A DNA stretch of 46,386 bases from a virus (lineage: Duplodnaviria > Heunggongvirae > Uroviricota > Caudoviricetes). The position numbers were made by a program, and so were the translations under genes. Every line of letters begins with the position of its first letter. The stretch's first letter is position 1. Under the pieces are notes generated by a model that had not been told where the DNA came from, ran no database searches, and was given only the letters and a program-made list of their open reading frames with translations. This document shows positions 1-7,397 of the stretch, one piece after another. Location of the stretch: IMG/VR virus record IMGVR_UViG_2913167280_000002. One strand, 5' to 3'.

Positions 1-3
1 CGT

Positions 4-29
4 TTCCTGTAAACCGAGGTTTTTGCGAA
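4..29. promoter_or_regulatory. Gin/Cin/Hin-type crossover site (26 bp, full)
   Basis: TTCCTGTAAACCGAGGTTTTTGCGAA matches the gix site as I recall it (TTCCTGTAAACCGAGGTTTTGGATAA) at 22 of 26 positions; lies directly upstream of the serine invertase gene. Confidence 0.75.
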
Positions 30-93
30 TTGCCTCTGTGTCGTCTGAACGATATTTTTTCCCGCTTTTAGCAACAATCGCGGTTTAGAAAGT

Positions 94-648
94 ATGCAAT
101 ATGGTTATGCGAGGGTGTCAACTTTTGACCAGAATTTGGAATTACAACTGGAGGCGCTCAGGAGTTCAGGATGTGACCGGATTTTTGAAGATAAAATATC
201 CGGTGCTAAATCAAAACGACCAGGACTTGATAAGCTACTGAAGGTGTTACGACCGGGCGATACGGTTATTGTCTGGAAGCTGGACCGAATGGGGCGTTCT
301 CTGATTCATCTTGTTGATTTACTTAACCATTTTTTATCAAACAACATTGAGTTTATTTCGATTACGGAAGGGATAAAAATTAGCACTTCAATTGGCCGCT
401 TTGCCTACACGATGCTGAGTGCAGTCGCAGAGATGGAGCGGGAAAATATGATTGAAAGAACGCGTGCAGGATTGGCGGTGGCAAGGGCTAACGGCAGGAT
501 AGGAGGACGCCGCTCAAAGCTGGCACCAGAGCAATGGGAACAGATCGGAAGGCTTATTGCGAATGGTGTTTCACGTAAGCGGATAGCGATTATCTTCGAT
601 GTTACCTTATCCACGCTTTACCGCAGGTTTCCGGCTGGGAATCATTGA
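94..648 (+). CDS. serine recombinase, DNA invertase (Gin/Cin/Pin/Hin family)
   Basis: N-terminal YARVSTFDQ catalytic-serine motif, resolvase core, C-terminal HTH; 184 aa; adjacent to crossover site. Confidence 0.9.
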   Translation: MQYGYARVSTFDQNLELQLEALRSSGCDRIFEDKISGAKSKRPGLDKLLKVLRPGDTVIVWKLDRMGRSLIHLVDLLNHFLSNNIEFISITEGIKISTSIGRFAYTMLSAVAEMERENMIERTRAGLAVARANGRIGGRRSKLAPEQWEQIGRLIANGVSRKRIAIIFDVTLSTLYRRFPAGNH

Positions 649-777
649 CTGGAGTTAGGCCAGTAGTATGATGCTCGCAAAACGAGATCCAATTTAGATC
701 CTTTTACTGGTGGATTATCGTTCGATCAGTGAGAGACTTCGTGCATGACCGAAAGTGTTGTGGTAGAGTTCTCTTAA

Positions 778-794
778 AACCACGTAACGTGGTT
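778..794. promoter_or_regulatory. operator-like palindrome AACCACGTAACGTGGTT upstream of repA
   Basis: Perfect 7-bp inverted arms; same AACCAC-N5-GTGGTT half-site pattern as the sites around the CI-like repressor gene. Confidence 0.45.
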
Positions 795-835
795 ATGATT
801 GTGGGTGTCTGGTTGGAAACTGACCAGATATGGAA

Positions 836-917
836 ACAAAAAGCCCGCAGATAAATCTGCGGGCTTCTTGCGACATCCACGGAAAAACCAACAAAAATAT
901 CCATGGGCGCCTCGACA
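836..917 (-). ncRNA. candidate CopA-like countertranscript antisense to the repA leader
   Basis: Minus-strand intrinsic terminator (stem GCCCGCAG/CTGCGGGC at 842-863 followed by a T-run on the minus strand) and minus-strand promoter-like TTGCGT-N16-TATAAT (-35 at 951-946, -10 at 929-924). Boundaries approximate. Confidence 0.4.
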
Positions 918-961
918 ACTCCCATTATACGTTGGTTTTCCGTGGACGCAAGAGCGAACAT

Positions 962-1810
962 ATGGATAGACCAATGCCGTCTCTACGTTCAGCTTACGTT
1001 TGTAATTTGTCGCCGGAGTTCCAGCCTCCAAAGCACCATACGCACAAGCTGCCGCTGGTGTTATCTGATGCTTTACAGCGCATTAATGGGCGTGATCTTA
1101 CGTGTGAGGTTGCGTTCTACGTTAATCAACCGTCAGAGCGGAAGCGCCGGATAAACGAGCATCGTCGTCGGGCGATTAATGCTGTGATCGCTGCGATTTT
1201 GCACCATGTAAACATCATTTCTAAGCGGGTTCTGGCTAGTGCTGAGGCGTTGGCTGATTTTTGCGGCCTGTCTACCGTATCCGAAGCAGGGAACAAGTCT
1301 ATAACGCGCTGTACAAGGGCGTTGTCGCAACTGAAAGCGTTAGGTTTTATTGATTATGAACGTCGCTGGGATCGGGTGAATAAACAGTATTGGCCAGCGA
1401 AAATAGAGATTCGTGATCAACTGCTGGAAACCGTTGGTATTACTGAACAAGCATGGAGACGTGCGGTTAGCCAGAAACTTAATTACTTCAATGCGAAGAA
1501 TAGCGAACGGCTTAAAAAAGCGATAACGGAGGCTGATTATAAGCGTATTGTTATTCAGGAGCAGATGGAGAATGTATGGCGTCAGAGGAAGACGGCCAGA
1601 GAGATAAAGGCAAAACAGAAAGCAGCGGAGAGAGCTGCGCGTCTTGTTCGGGAAAAGGGAGAGGCCGAACTTCGTCATCAAATCACTAGAGAGGTTAGCC
1701 AGGAATTTGCTGATGGCATGTATCCTGGAGCTGACCTTGCATATTTACGATCCCTCGTTGAGCAGCGTTATAACAGGTTAAGAAAGACCTGGAAATCACT
1801 CCAACATTAA
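962..1810 (+). CDS. repA: plasmid replication initiator RepA (IncFII RepA1 family)
   Basis: Central KSITRCTRAL...LGFIDYE region resembles the R100 RepA1 SITRATRAL...LGLITYQ signature from memory. Start at 962 (MDRPMP) chosen because the 830 start would place the antisense RNA structures inside the coding region; 830 remains possible. Confidence 0.8.
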   Translation: MDRPMPSLRSAYVCNLSPEFQPPKHHTHKLPLVLSDALQRINGRDLTCEVAFYVNQPSERKRRINEHRRRAINAVIAAILHHVNIISKRVLASAEALADFCGLSTVSEAGNKSITRCTRALSQLKALGFIDYERRWDRVNKQYWPAKIEIRDQLLETVGITEQAWRRAVSQKLNYFNAKNSERLKKAITEADYKRIVIQEQMENVWRQRKTAREIKAKQKAAERAARLVREKGEAELRHQITREVSQEFADGMYPGADLAYLRSLVEQRYNRLRKTWKSLQH

Positions 1811-1899
1811 CCCACCTGAATGATGAATCCGGTTTTACCGGAGGATTATCTACGTCGCAATAAAATATCTGTTCAAAAAACAATCTAAATTAATTTTCT

Positions 1900-2080
1900 C
1901 TAAACCTGAACACAGCAAAAATATCGCCTTTACAGGCATCGGCTAATAAAGTTATCCACAGTTTTGATATGTATATGCAAATGGTTTTTTATAATAGATG
2001 CACTAAACAAATAAATGCAAAATCACTTTCTTTTATTAAAACTTTCTTTATTTAACTTACGCAGGCTTTGCCTGTGAATA
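1900..2080. other. candidate vegetative origin (oriV) downstream of repA
   Basis: Perfect DnaA box TTATCCACA at 1952-1960 followed by ~120 bp of AT-rich sequence, in the position oriR occupies in IncFII replicons. Confidence 0.45.
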
Positions 2081-2343
2081 TGTTCGCCCTTGCAGCGAGC
2101 CAAAGCTCGCGCCGGTTCGAGTCGCTACGCTCAAATATACCTCCTCCGGCACTTGCCGGAGGCATGGAGCAGCCTGATCATCCTTTTCGAAACGGCGCGT
2201 TTCGAACTATACAAAATCAATTTATATAAGGCCGAAATAAGGCCTACGGCCGGGCTTTGCAGGAAGAAGGGGCGAGCCTTATCAATAAACGTCGATAAAT
2301 ACGCACACTGTAGCCATCAGAACGCGATAAAACGTAAGAAACA

Positions 2344-2432
2344 TCATTTCCTATTAGACATAGAAAACTTGTCTTATACGCAATGTAGTAAATTTCTATT
2401 GCCACATAGGAAAAGATTTCCTACCATCGTAG
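2344..2432 (+). repeat. three iteron-like direct repeats (ATTTCCTA...CATAG-type)
   Basis: catttcctattagacatag, aatttctattgccacatagg and gatttcctaccatcgtag directly upstream of the 2454 gene. Confidence 0.35.
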
Positions 2433-2453
2433 ATATAATAAATGGAGATGGTT

Positions 2454-2741
2454 ATGGATAAAGATACTGTTTTAAAAATGTTGAATCCGGCTTGTTTAAA
2501 AAAAGCGGATGAATGGGAATCTCCTACATGTGGAGAAGTTCGGGCAGTCATTGGCCTGACCGGAATGAGCGGCTCGCAGTTGGCCAAAAAACTTGGCTTA
2601 AAAGATAGTCGCAATGTTCGCAACTGGCAGATGTTAAAGGAGTCCACATCCAGATCCAGCATTCCGTATGCAGCCTGGGCGCTGCTGTGCTACTTCGCTG
2701 GGTTAGGGTTAATCTTCATTGATAACAAAACAGATGTTTGA
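2454..2741 (+). CDS. hypothetical protein, possible helix-turn-helix DNA-binding protein
   Basis: RBS GGAG 6 nt upstream; HTH-like segment GMSGSQLAKKLGLKDSRNVRNWQ. Confidence 0.4.
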   Translation: MDKDTVLKMLNPACLKKADEWESPTCGEVRAVIGLTGMSGSQLAKKLGLKDSRNVRNWQMLKESTSRSSIPYAAWALLCYFAGLGLIFIDNKTDV

Positions 2742-2764
2742 AACATGCAAATATGAGGTTTGTT

Positions 2765-3028
2765 ATGGAACTTGTACGCAAAACACGCAAAGAGTTCTTG
2801 GACCTGTATCGCATGGGCGCTTTCACTTGTGTTGTGGCTACCCAGGACGAAGTGACAAAAAGCTGGCGGCTTTTTGCTCTCAATAAAAAAGGGATTGCCG
2901 TTTTCATTGAAAAAGCCCGTGGTGGTATCCGCGAATGGGCGGGATTGAATTATGTGGCTGATTTTTGCGCAGCTATGGGGATTCGGCGCTGGGAAGTCCA
3001 TATGCCAGGAGTAAAGTCACAAAAATAG
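2765..3028 (+). CDS. hypothetical protein
   Basis: ORF with GAGG RBS; start chosen at third in-frame Met. Confidence 0.3.
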   Translation: MELVRKTRKEFLDLYRMGAFTCVVATQDEVTKSWRLFALNKKGIAVFIEKARGGIREWAGLNYVADFCAAMGIRRWEVHMPGVKSQK

Positions 3029-3217
3029 GGCTTTCGCGTCGAAAATAAGGCGAAACTGAAAACGAGATTTCATTAACAAATAAGCAACATAAAAAACGGT
3101 GGAAAACGCCCAGGAAAACATGATCTTTTGAGCGGATTTTTTAGATCCGACAACGAACGGTGATCCGGTGGTGCCGATAACGTCCATTATGTTAAATAGC
3201 CCCGTTTTTCTTGAAAT

Positions 3218-3263
3218 TATAACCTACGGGTTATATAGTTAGTGATATAAACTACAGGTTATA
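3218..3263. promoter_or_regulatory. two tandem operator-like palindromes (TATAACC-N4-GGTTATA) upstream of the toxin-antitoxin operon
   Basis: tataacctacgggttata (3218-3235) and tataaactacaggttata (3246-3263) immediately upstream of the toxin start. Confidence 0.4.
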
Positions 3264-3272
3264 GGATTGAGC

Positions 3273-3620
3273 ATGTGGACGGTACTTTTTAGCCAGCGAT
3301 TTGACGACTGGCTAAATGAGCAAGAAGACGCTCTTCAGGAAAAGGTTTTGGCTGATTTGAAAAAGCTACAGGTTTACGGACCTGAGTTACCCAGGCCATA
3401 TGCCGATACCGTAAAAGGTTCTCGGTACAAAAATATGAAAGAGCTTCGCGTTCAGTTTTCTGGCCGTCCGATAAGAGCCTTTTATGCGTTCGATCCGATT
3501 CGCCGGGCCATCGTTCTTTGTGCAGGAGACAAAAGTAACGATAAGCGGTTTTATGAAAAACTGGTGCGTATAGCTGAGGATGAGTTTGCAGCACATCTGA
3601 ACACACTGGAGAGCAAGTAA
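3273..3620 (+). CDS. higB: type II toxin, RelE/ParE superfamily (HigB-like)
   Basis: RAFYAFDPIRRAIVLCAGDKSNDKRFYE motif typical of HigB/Gp49-type toxins; toxin-first gene order; stop overlaps next start. Confidence 0.6.
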   Translation: MWTVLFSQRFDDWLNEQEDALQEKVLADLKKLQVYGPELPRPYADTVKGSRYKNMKELRVQFSGRPIRAFYAFDPIRRAIVLCAGDKSNDKRFYEKLVRIAEDEFAAHLNTLESK

Positions 3621-3919
3621 TGAGAACATTAGATGAGGCGATTGCCAGCCGTTCACCTGAAAGCCAGGCGCGAATTAAAGAAATGGCAGATGAGATGATT
3701 CTTGAGGTCGGCTTGCAGATGATGCGTGAAGAACTCCAGTTATCACAAAAACAGGTTGCTGAGGCGATGGGTATAAGCCAGCCAGCAGTAACAAAGCTGG
3801 AGCAGCGCGGAAATGATTTAAAGCTGGCGACATTAAAGCGTTACGTTGAAGCTATGGGAGGCAAATTAAGCCTGGATGTTGAGCTTCCCACAGGAAAACG
3901 AATAGCGTTTAACATCTGA
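3620..3919 (+). CDS. higA: HTH (XRE-family) antitoxin, HigA-like
   Basis: HTH segment LSQKQVAEAMGISQPAVTKLE; ATGA overlap with the upstream toxin gene. Confidence 0.6.
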   Translation: MRTLDEAIASRSPESQARIKEMADEMILEVGLQMMREELQLSQKQVAEAMGISQPAVTKLEQRGNDLKLATLKRYVEAMGGKLSLDVELPTGKRIAFNI

Positions 3920-3934
3920 TCAGAACGAATGATA

Positions 3935-3961
3935 AGCCCCTGTTGCAAAGGGGCTTTTTTG
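3935..3961 (+). terminator. rho-independent terminator
   Basis: Stem GCCCCT/AGGGGC followed by TTTTTT. Confidence 0.6.
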
Positions 3962-3965
3962 TGCT

Positions 3966-4082
3966 TATAGAATTATATAATTATATATTTATATAAAAAG
4001 TGCTTTACAGGTGGGAAAAAATTTCCTATGGTTATACCCGAAACCGAGCGATACCCGCCCTGGTTAAACCGGAGATAACCCG
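3966..4082 (+). promoter_or_regulatory. conserved promoter/leader module, copy A
   Basis: AT-rich octamer array, TTTACA (4004-4009), 17-bp spacer containing the GGAAAAAATTTCC inverted repeat, TATGGT (4027-4032), then a ~45-nt leader ending in GGAG-N8-ATG. Near-identical to copies B and C. Confidence 0.6.
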
Positions 4083-4463
4083 ATGAGCATGATTAAAATC
4101 CGCAAAAACGCTTTCCTTAAAATTCAAACTATCCTGGCTGGTTCTGTTGGCGTGATTTGCCGTTCTTCTTCAAGCCGCATCGATGACGGCTACGATGATG
4201 AGTATCGTGTGTCCTCGTGCGATGAGGCTTTAACCTGGCTGAAGGAGAATCAGGAACGTGCCCAGGTATATCTGGAAACAGAGAACGGCAATCAGATGTT
4301 GCGTATTAGCGGCCGTTATGGATTTGAAACTACATTCATTGCCTATTTTAATCAGGCTTACTTTGACAAGGAGCTGGCCTGGTACACTGATCGCATGATC
4401 AAAAGCGAGCCAGCCCCGATTACACCGCCGAACAATAAACCATTTTTATTCCTCGTTAAGTAA
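4083..4463 (+). CDS. hypothetical protein
   Basis: First gene behind module A; GGAG RBS. Confidence 0.45.
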   Translation: MSMIKIRKNAFLKIQTILAGSVGVICRSSSSRIDDGYDDEYRVSSCDEALTWLKENQERAQVYLETENGNQMLRISGRYGFETTFIAYFNQAYFDKELAWYTDRMIKSEPAPITPPNNKPFLFLVK

Positions 4464-4526
4464 ACACAATACGCAAAGTGTCATTTTGACACTTTGCGAG
4501 TGTTAATATTGTGCGAGGAGAATGCT

Positions 4527-4799
4527 ATGACGGGTTATGAATTGAAATTATGGCGTCGTGGGATGAACTGGACGCAGGAGCGAGCCGCCGAAGAATTTGG
4601 GATATCGTTGGCTACATATAAGCGATATGAGAAGGGGGAGCCGCCGAGGGTCATTGAGATGGCCATTCGCGTTCTGTCGTTTGACGATATGGTGAAGGAT
4701 CTTTCACACCTTGATAAAGACGCGATTCTGTTAAGGCTGCAAACCCTTGTATGGGAAAAGGTTAAAGTGTCGTCAGAATTGGAACAAGGGATCAAATGA
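4527..4799 (+). CDS. small HTH (XRE-like) transcriptional regulator
   Basis: GAGGAG RBS 6 nt upstream; HTH segment MNWTQERAAEEFGISLATYKRYEKG. Confidence 0.5.
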   Translation: MTGYELKLWRRGMNWTQERAAEEFGISLATYKRYEKGEPPRVIEMAIRVLSFDDMVKDLSHLDKDAILLRLQTLVWEKVKVSSELEQGIK

Positions 4800-4845
4800 T
4801 CCTTTACGGATCGTTTTATGGTGGTGTAATGTAAGCGCCAGAAAG

Positions 4846-4873
4846 ACAAAAACCGCCTTGCCGGGCGGTTTTC
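4846..4873. terminator. bidirectional rho-independent terminator
   Basis: Stem ACCGCC/GGCGGT flanked by an A-run and a T-run. Confidence 0.55.
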
Positions 4874-5571
4874 AGTCTGAAATTTAAATCTTGCTTGGTA
4901 GGCTGGATTTAAAAAGACACCTCTTGATTGGGGCGGCTTTCTTGCGTCTAAAGATAATCAAATCTTTTTGCGCCTGCAACCCCTTTTTTACTGGTGCCCA
5001 TTTCAGACTCACGCTCGCGTCGTTGTCTTTGCCACTTCGTTGGGTTCGGTGTTTTTGGGCGAAGTGGCGCGCGGGTATGCGTACAAGGGGAAAGTGTGCT
5101 GACGCAAGCCAGGAACAGCGATCTAAACTAAGTCGAGTCTGAGAAAGGCAGGAGTGCGACAACTCGCCTGTGCTCTATGAGCAGAAGAAGGTATATCAGA
5201 CGACCAATGGCATGATTGTGGGCCACAGGGCGCACACGGCGGCGAAGCATTGGAAACGATGTGGAGCTATCTGGTGGCATGAGTTCCGGTACTCGATCTC
5301 GAGCTTTTTTTGATGCTTTTGAGAAGGGGCCGGAACTCCGGTAAAGGGCACCCTGTATGGGGGGAGGGGGGGTTGTGTCTGAAGGGTGGTTATCGGTTAT
5401 GGTGGAATTATGATGCGTAGAAAAGCGAGTTTGCTGCAAGCTATTGGGTCCATTATTTCTTTGTTTCCGGCAGTTGATCATTTTCGTCATATGGCGACAC
5501 GTTCGAGTATGGGCTTGGCGCGTGACGCTGACGCTATTCGAAAGGATTTTCAGAAAGTCTCTGGCGTTGAT

Positions 5572-5604
5572 AAGAGAGAAAAGAGTAAGGGGCCGTAGCC
5601 CCTT
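5572..5604 (-). terminator. rho-independent terminator after the antirepressor gene
   Basis: Stem AAGGGGC/GCCCCTT; T-rich tract follows on the minus strand. Confidence 0.5.
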
Positions 5605-5608
5605 GTAG

Positions 5609-6760
5609 TTATGGTCTGCTTTTCTGTGCCAGCTTATCAGCACATGTTTTTATCAGATCCTGTAGTGTCCTGGCTGGCAGGTTTGCATCCAGAACGCTGA
5701 GTATGCTGTTGTGATCAGCTTGGTCGACTACTTTGCCTGTCGGTGGTAGTAGCTTGAGCTGAGGATTCAGGTTTTCGTCAAAGCTGATAAGTGCTCTGGC
5801 GTTTCTGAGCAGATCAAGAAGTAAGGCTGATATCACATTTTCCTGAGTCATTGCTGGCAGATTTAGCGCCGCTTTGGTTTTCCCTGTTGCCTTGTCAAAC
5901 TCCTTGATTAGTTCCTTTCTGTAGTTCGGTTCCGTTAATAGCCGATTATGCTCTGTTGCCGCGCGGATAATCGTTTTTTCCTGGTACAGTCGTTTAGCCA
6001 GATCGCGCTCGTACTGTGTTTTTAACACGCTGCTGATAGCGTTAAAGGCTTCAATGTAGGCCAGCTTGATATCTTTCACGCCTGGACCGTCGATGCTCTC
6101 CATGAGCAAGGTAAATCCGTCTTTTGTCATGCGATAGATTGTTATTTCGCGGTCGCTTCCTTCCAGCGGTCGTTGCTCTTTAAAGAAGTGACGCGCCGCA
6201 GCCGTGCGAGGAATGCGTAGCGCATCGATGGCCATAACGATGGAATTGTTTGTGGTGCTGAATGCCTGGGCAACATCGGCTGAGGTTGTGAGTGGCTCGT
6301 TGTTGCACACTTTAATGTAAAACATCGGTTTGGCGTTGAGCGTATCGACAACCTCACGAGCATTGTTTGGCGAGACGGTTACGGTCGCGGCCGTTTGCGC
6401 GTTCTGGCTGAAATAGCAGTCTTCCAGCCGTTCGAATACATCCCACGCCTGATCGGTTTCGAGCATTTTAGCGTGACGTGCAGCCCCGCGTTCTGTCCAG
6501 AGGATGAGAGAGCGAGTTTTGGGGGAAATTTGCACCTCATTTTGTGACTCGTTTAAAACTAGTCGCAAATTTTTGAGTTCATCACCAACAGCTTTAAAGA
6601 AGTGCTTCCCCTCAATGAACCGAGTTTTATTTTCATGGTGATTTTGCTGTATACGGATTGCTTCTGTTCCATAAAGGCGGGCGAGTAGCTCAGTTGTGAT
6701 TACTGGAATCTGATTATGCAGGATAGGCTGTAGGGTGTTAACGATCGGAAGCGTTTTCAT
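5609..6760 (-). CDS. phage antirepressor-like protein (Ant/Rha-type)
   Basis: 383 aa; N-terminal region resembles antirepressor/Rha regulatory domains; preceded by an overlapping small ORF as in P1 icd-ant. Confidence 0.5.
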   Translation of the reverse strand: MKTLPIVNTLQPILHNQIPVITTELLARLYGTEAIRIQQNHHENKTRFIEGKHFFKAVGDELKNLRLVLNESQNEVQISPKTRSLILWTERGAARHAKMLETDQAWDVFERLEDCYFSQNAQTAATVTVSPNNAREVVDTLNAKPMFYIKVCNNEPLTTSADVAQAFSTTNNSIVMAIDALRIPRTAAARHFFKEQRPLEGSDREITIYRMTKDGFTLLMESIDGPGVKDIKLAYIEAFNAISSVLKTQYERDLAKRLYQEKTIIRAATEHNRLLTEPNYRKELIKEFDKATGKTKAALNLPAMTQENVISALLLDLLRNARALISFDENLNPQLKLLPPTGKVVDQADHNSILSVLDANLPARTLQDLIKTCADKLAQKSRP

Positions 6761-6948
6761 TTTGCACCTCCCATAACAACTTTGGTTACGAGGGAGATTT
6801 TTGCGTCAGAAACAGCGTTATCGTTGCTGGCGATGCGCATAGCTTCGCGCTCGATGATTTCAGCCAGGCGGAATTTATCGGCGTATGAGGCTTTCTTGAG
6901 AAGGATCTTTACGAGGTTGACGTAATAGTCATGGGGTAGGTTTGTCAT
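6757..6948 (-). CDS. small protein translationally coupled to the antirepressor (icd-like position)
   Basis: 63 aa; ATGA overlap with the antirepressor start. Confidence 0.4.
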   Translation of the reverse strand: MTNLPHDYYVNLVKILLKKASYADKFRLAEIIEREAMRIASNDNAVSDAKISLVTKVVMGGAK

Positions 6949-7113
6949 TGTGATGATTCCCTTAAAGGTTAAGGATACTCACCACCGTCAGGTTCCAATC
7001 ATTGGGTGGTGAGACGTGCAGGGTTGGAACTACCGGACACAATGACGAACCGGCGAGTCTTACGACTCCCCCGCACGCCCCACCATAATTTGGGTGTAGC
7101 AGTGCTTTACGCA

Positions 7114-7200
7114 TAAAAAAACCGCTAACGCGGTATGCGCCATTGTGTCTACGGGGTTCCAATCCCGGCCGTAGATTTTGCTACGGCTCGGAAAGTGTCC
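7114..7200 (-). ncRNA. candidate small regulatory RNA upstream of the antirepressor operon (c4-like position)
   Basis: Minus-strand terminator (stem ACCGC/GCGGT at 7121-7134 plus T-run); hairpin 7149-7174 whose loop carries GGTTCCAAT; no ORF. Boundaries approximate. Confidence 0.3.
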
Positions 7201-7245
7201 ACCAATGGCGCATTCATGTCAATACGGCGGGATTTTAACAGACTA

Positions 7246-7263
7246 AACCACATAGTGTGGGTT
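7246..7263. promoter_or_regulatory. operator-like palindrome (ACCAC-N5-GTGGG)
   Basis: aaccacatagtgtgggtt between the divergent antirepressor region and the 7398 HTH gene. Confidence 0.35.
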
Positions 7264-7397
7264 TGAATGCGGGGCTTTTAATTTTCTTGATATGCTAAAA
7301 ACGGGAATGTATAGTTCCTGTAAGGAATCAATTAGTCCTGAGTTATGATGTTTTGTTAAAGTCGGGAACAAGAAAAAATTCAGTATGGGGATAAAAA

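Noticed and set aside
405-614. 69-aa minus-strand ORF inside the invertase gene
   Set aside because: It is antisense to a confidently called recombinase gene.
830-961. N-terminal 44-codon extension of RepA (start at 830)
   Set aside because: The extension spans the antisense-RNA terminator hairpin and inverted-repeat leader structure; start at 962 gives a ~282-aa protein. Not fully excluded.
704-1031. Minus-strand ORFs 704-961 and 774-1031
   Set aside because: They lie in the repA control region and overlap the repA start and leader, with no RBS and low-complexity translations.
903-1154. 83-aa plus-strand ORF overlapping the repA start
   Set aside because: Too long for an IncFII-type leader peptide and overlaps repA for most of its length; a short leader peptide in this region remains possible.
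2090-2461. 123-aa plus-strand ORF in the region downstream of repA
   Set aside because: It falls in the GC-rich hairpin and iteron region of the putative origin, has no RBS, and its translation is low-complexity.
4884-5643. ORFs 4884-5162 (-), 4891-5142 (+) and 5128-5643 (-)
   Set aside because: Overlapping frames in a hairpin-rich segment with no RBS and poor coding character; treated as non-coding.
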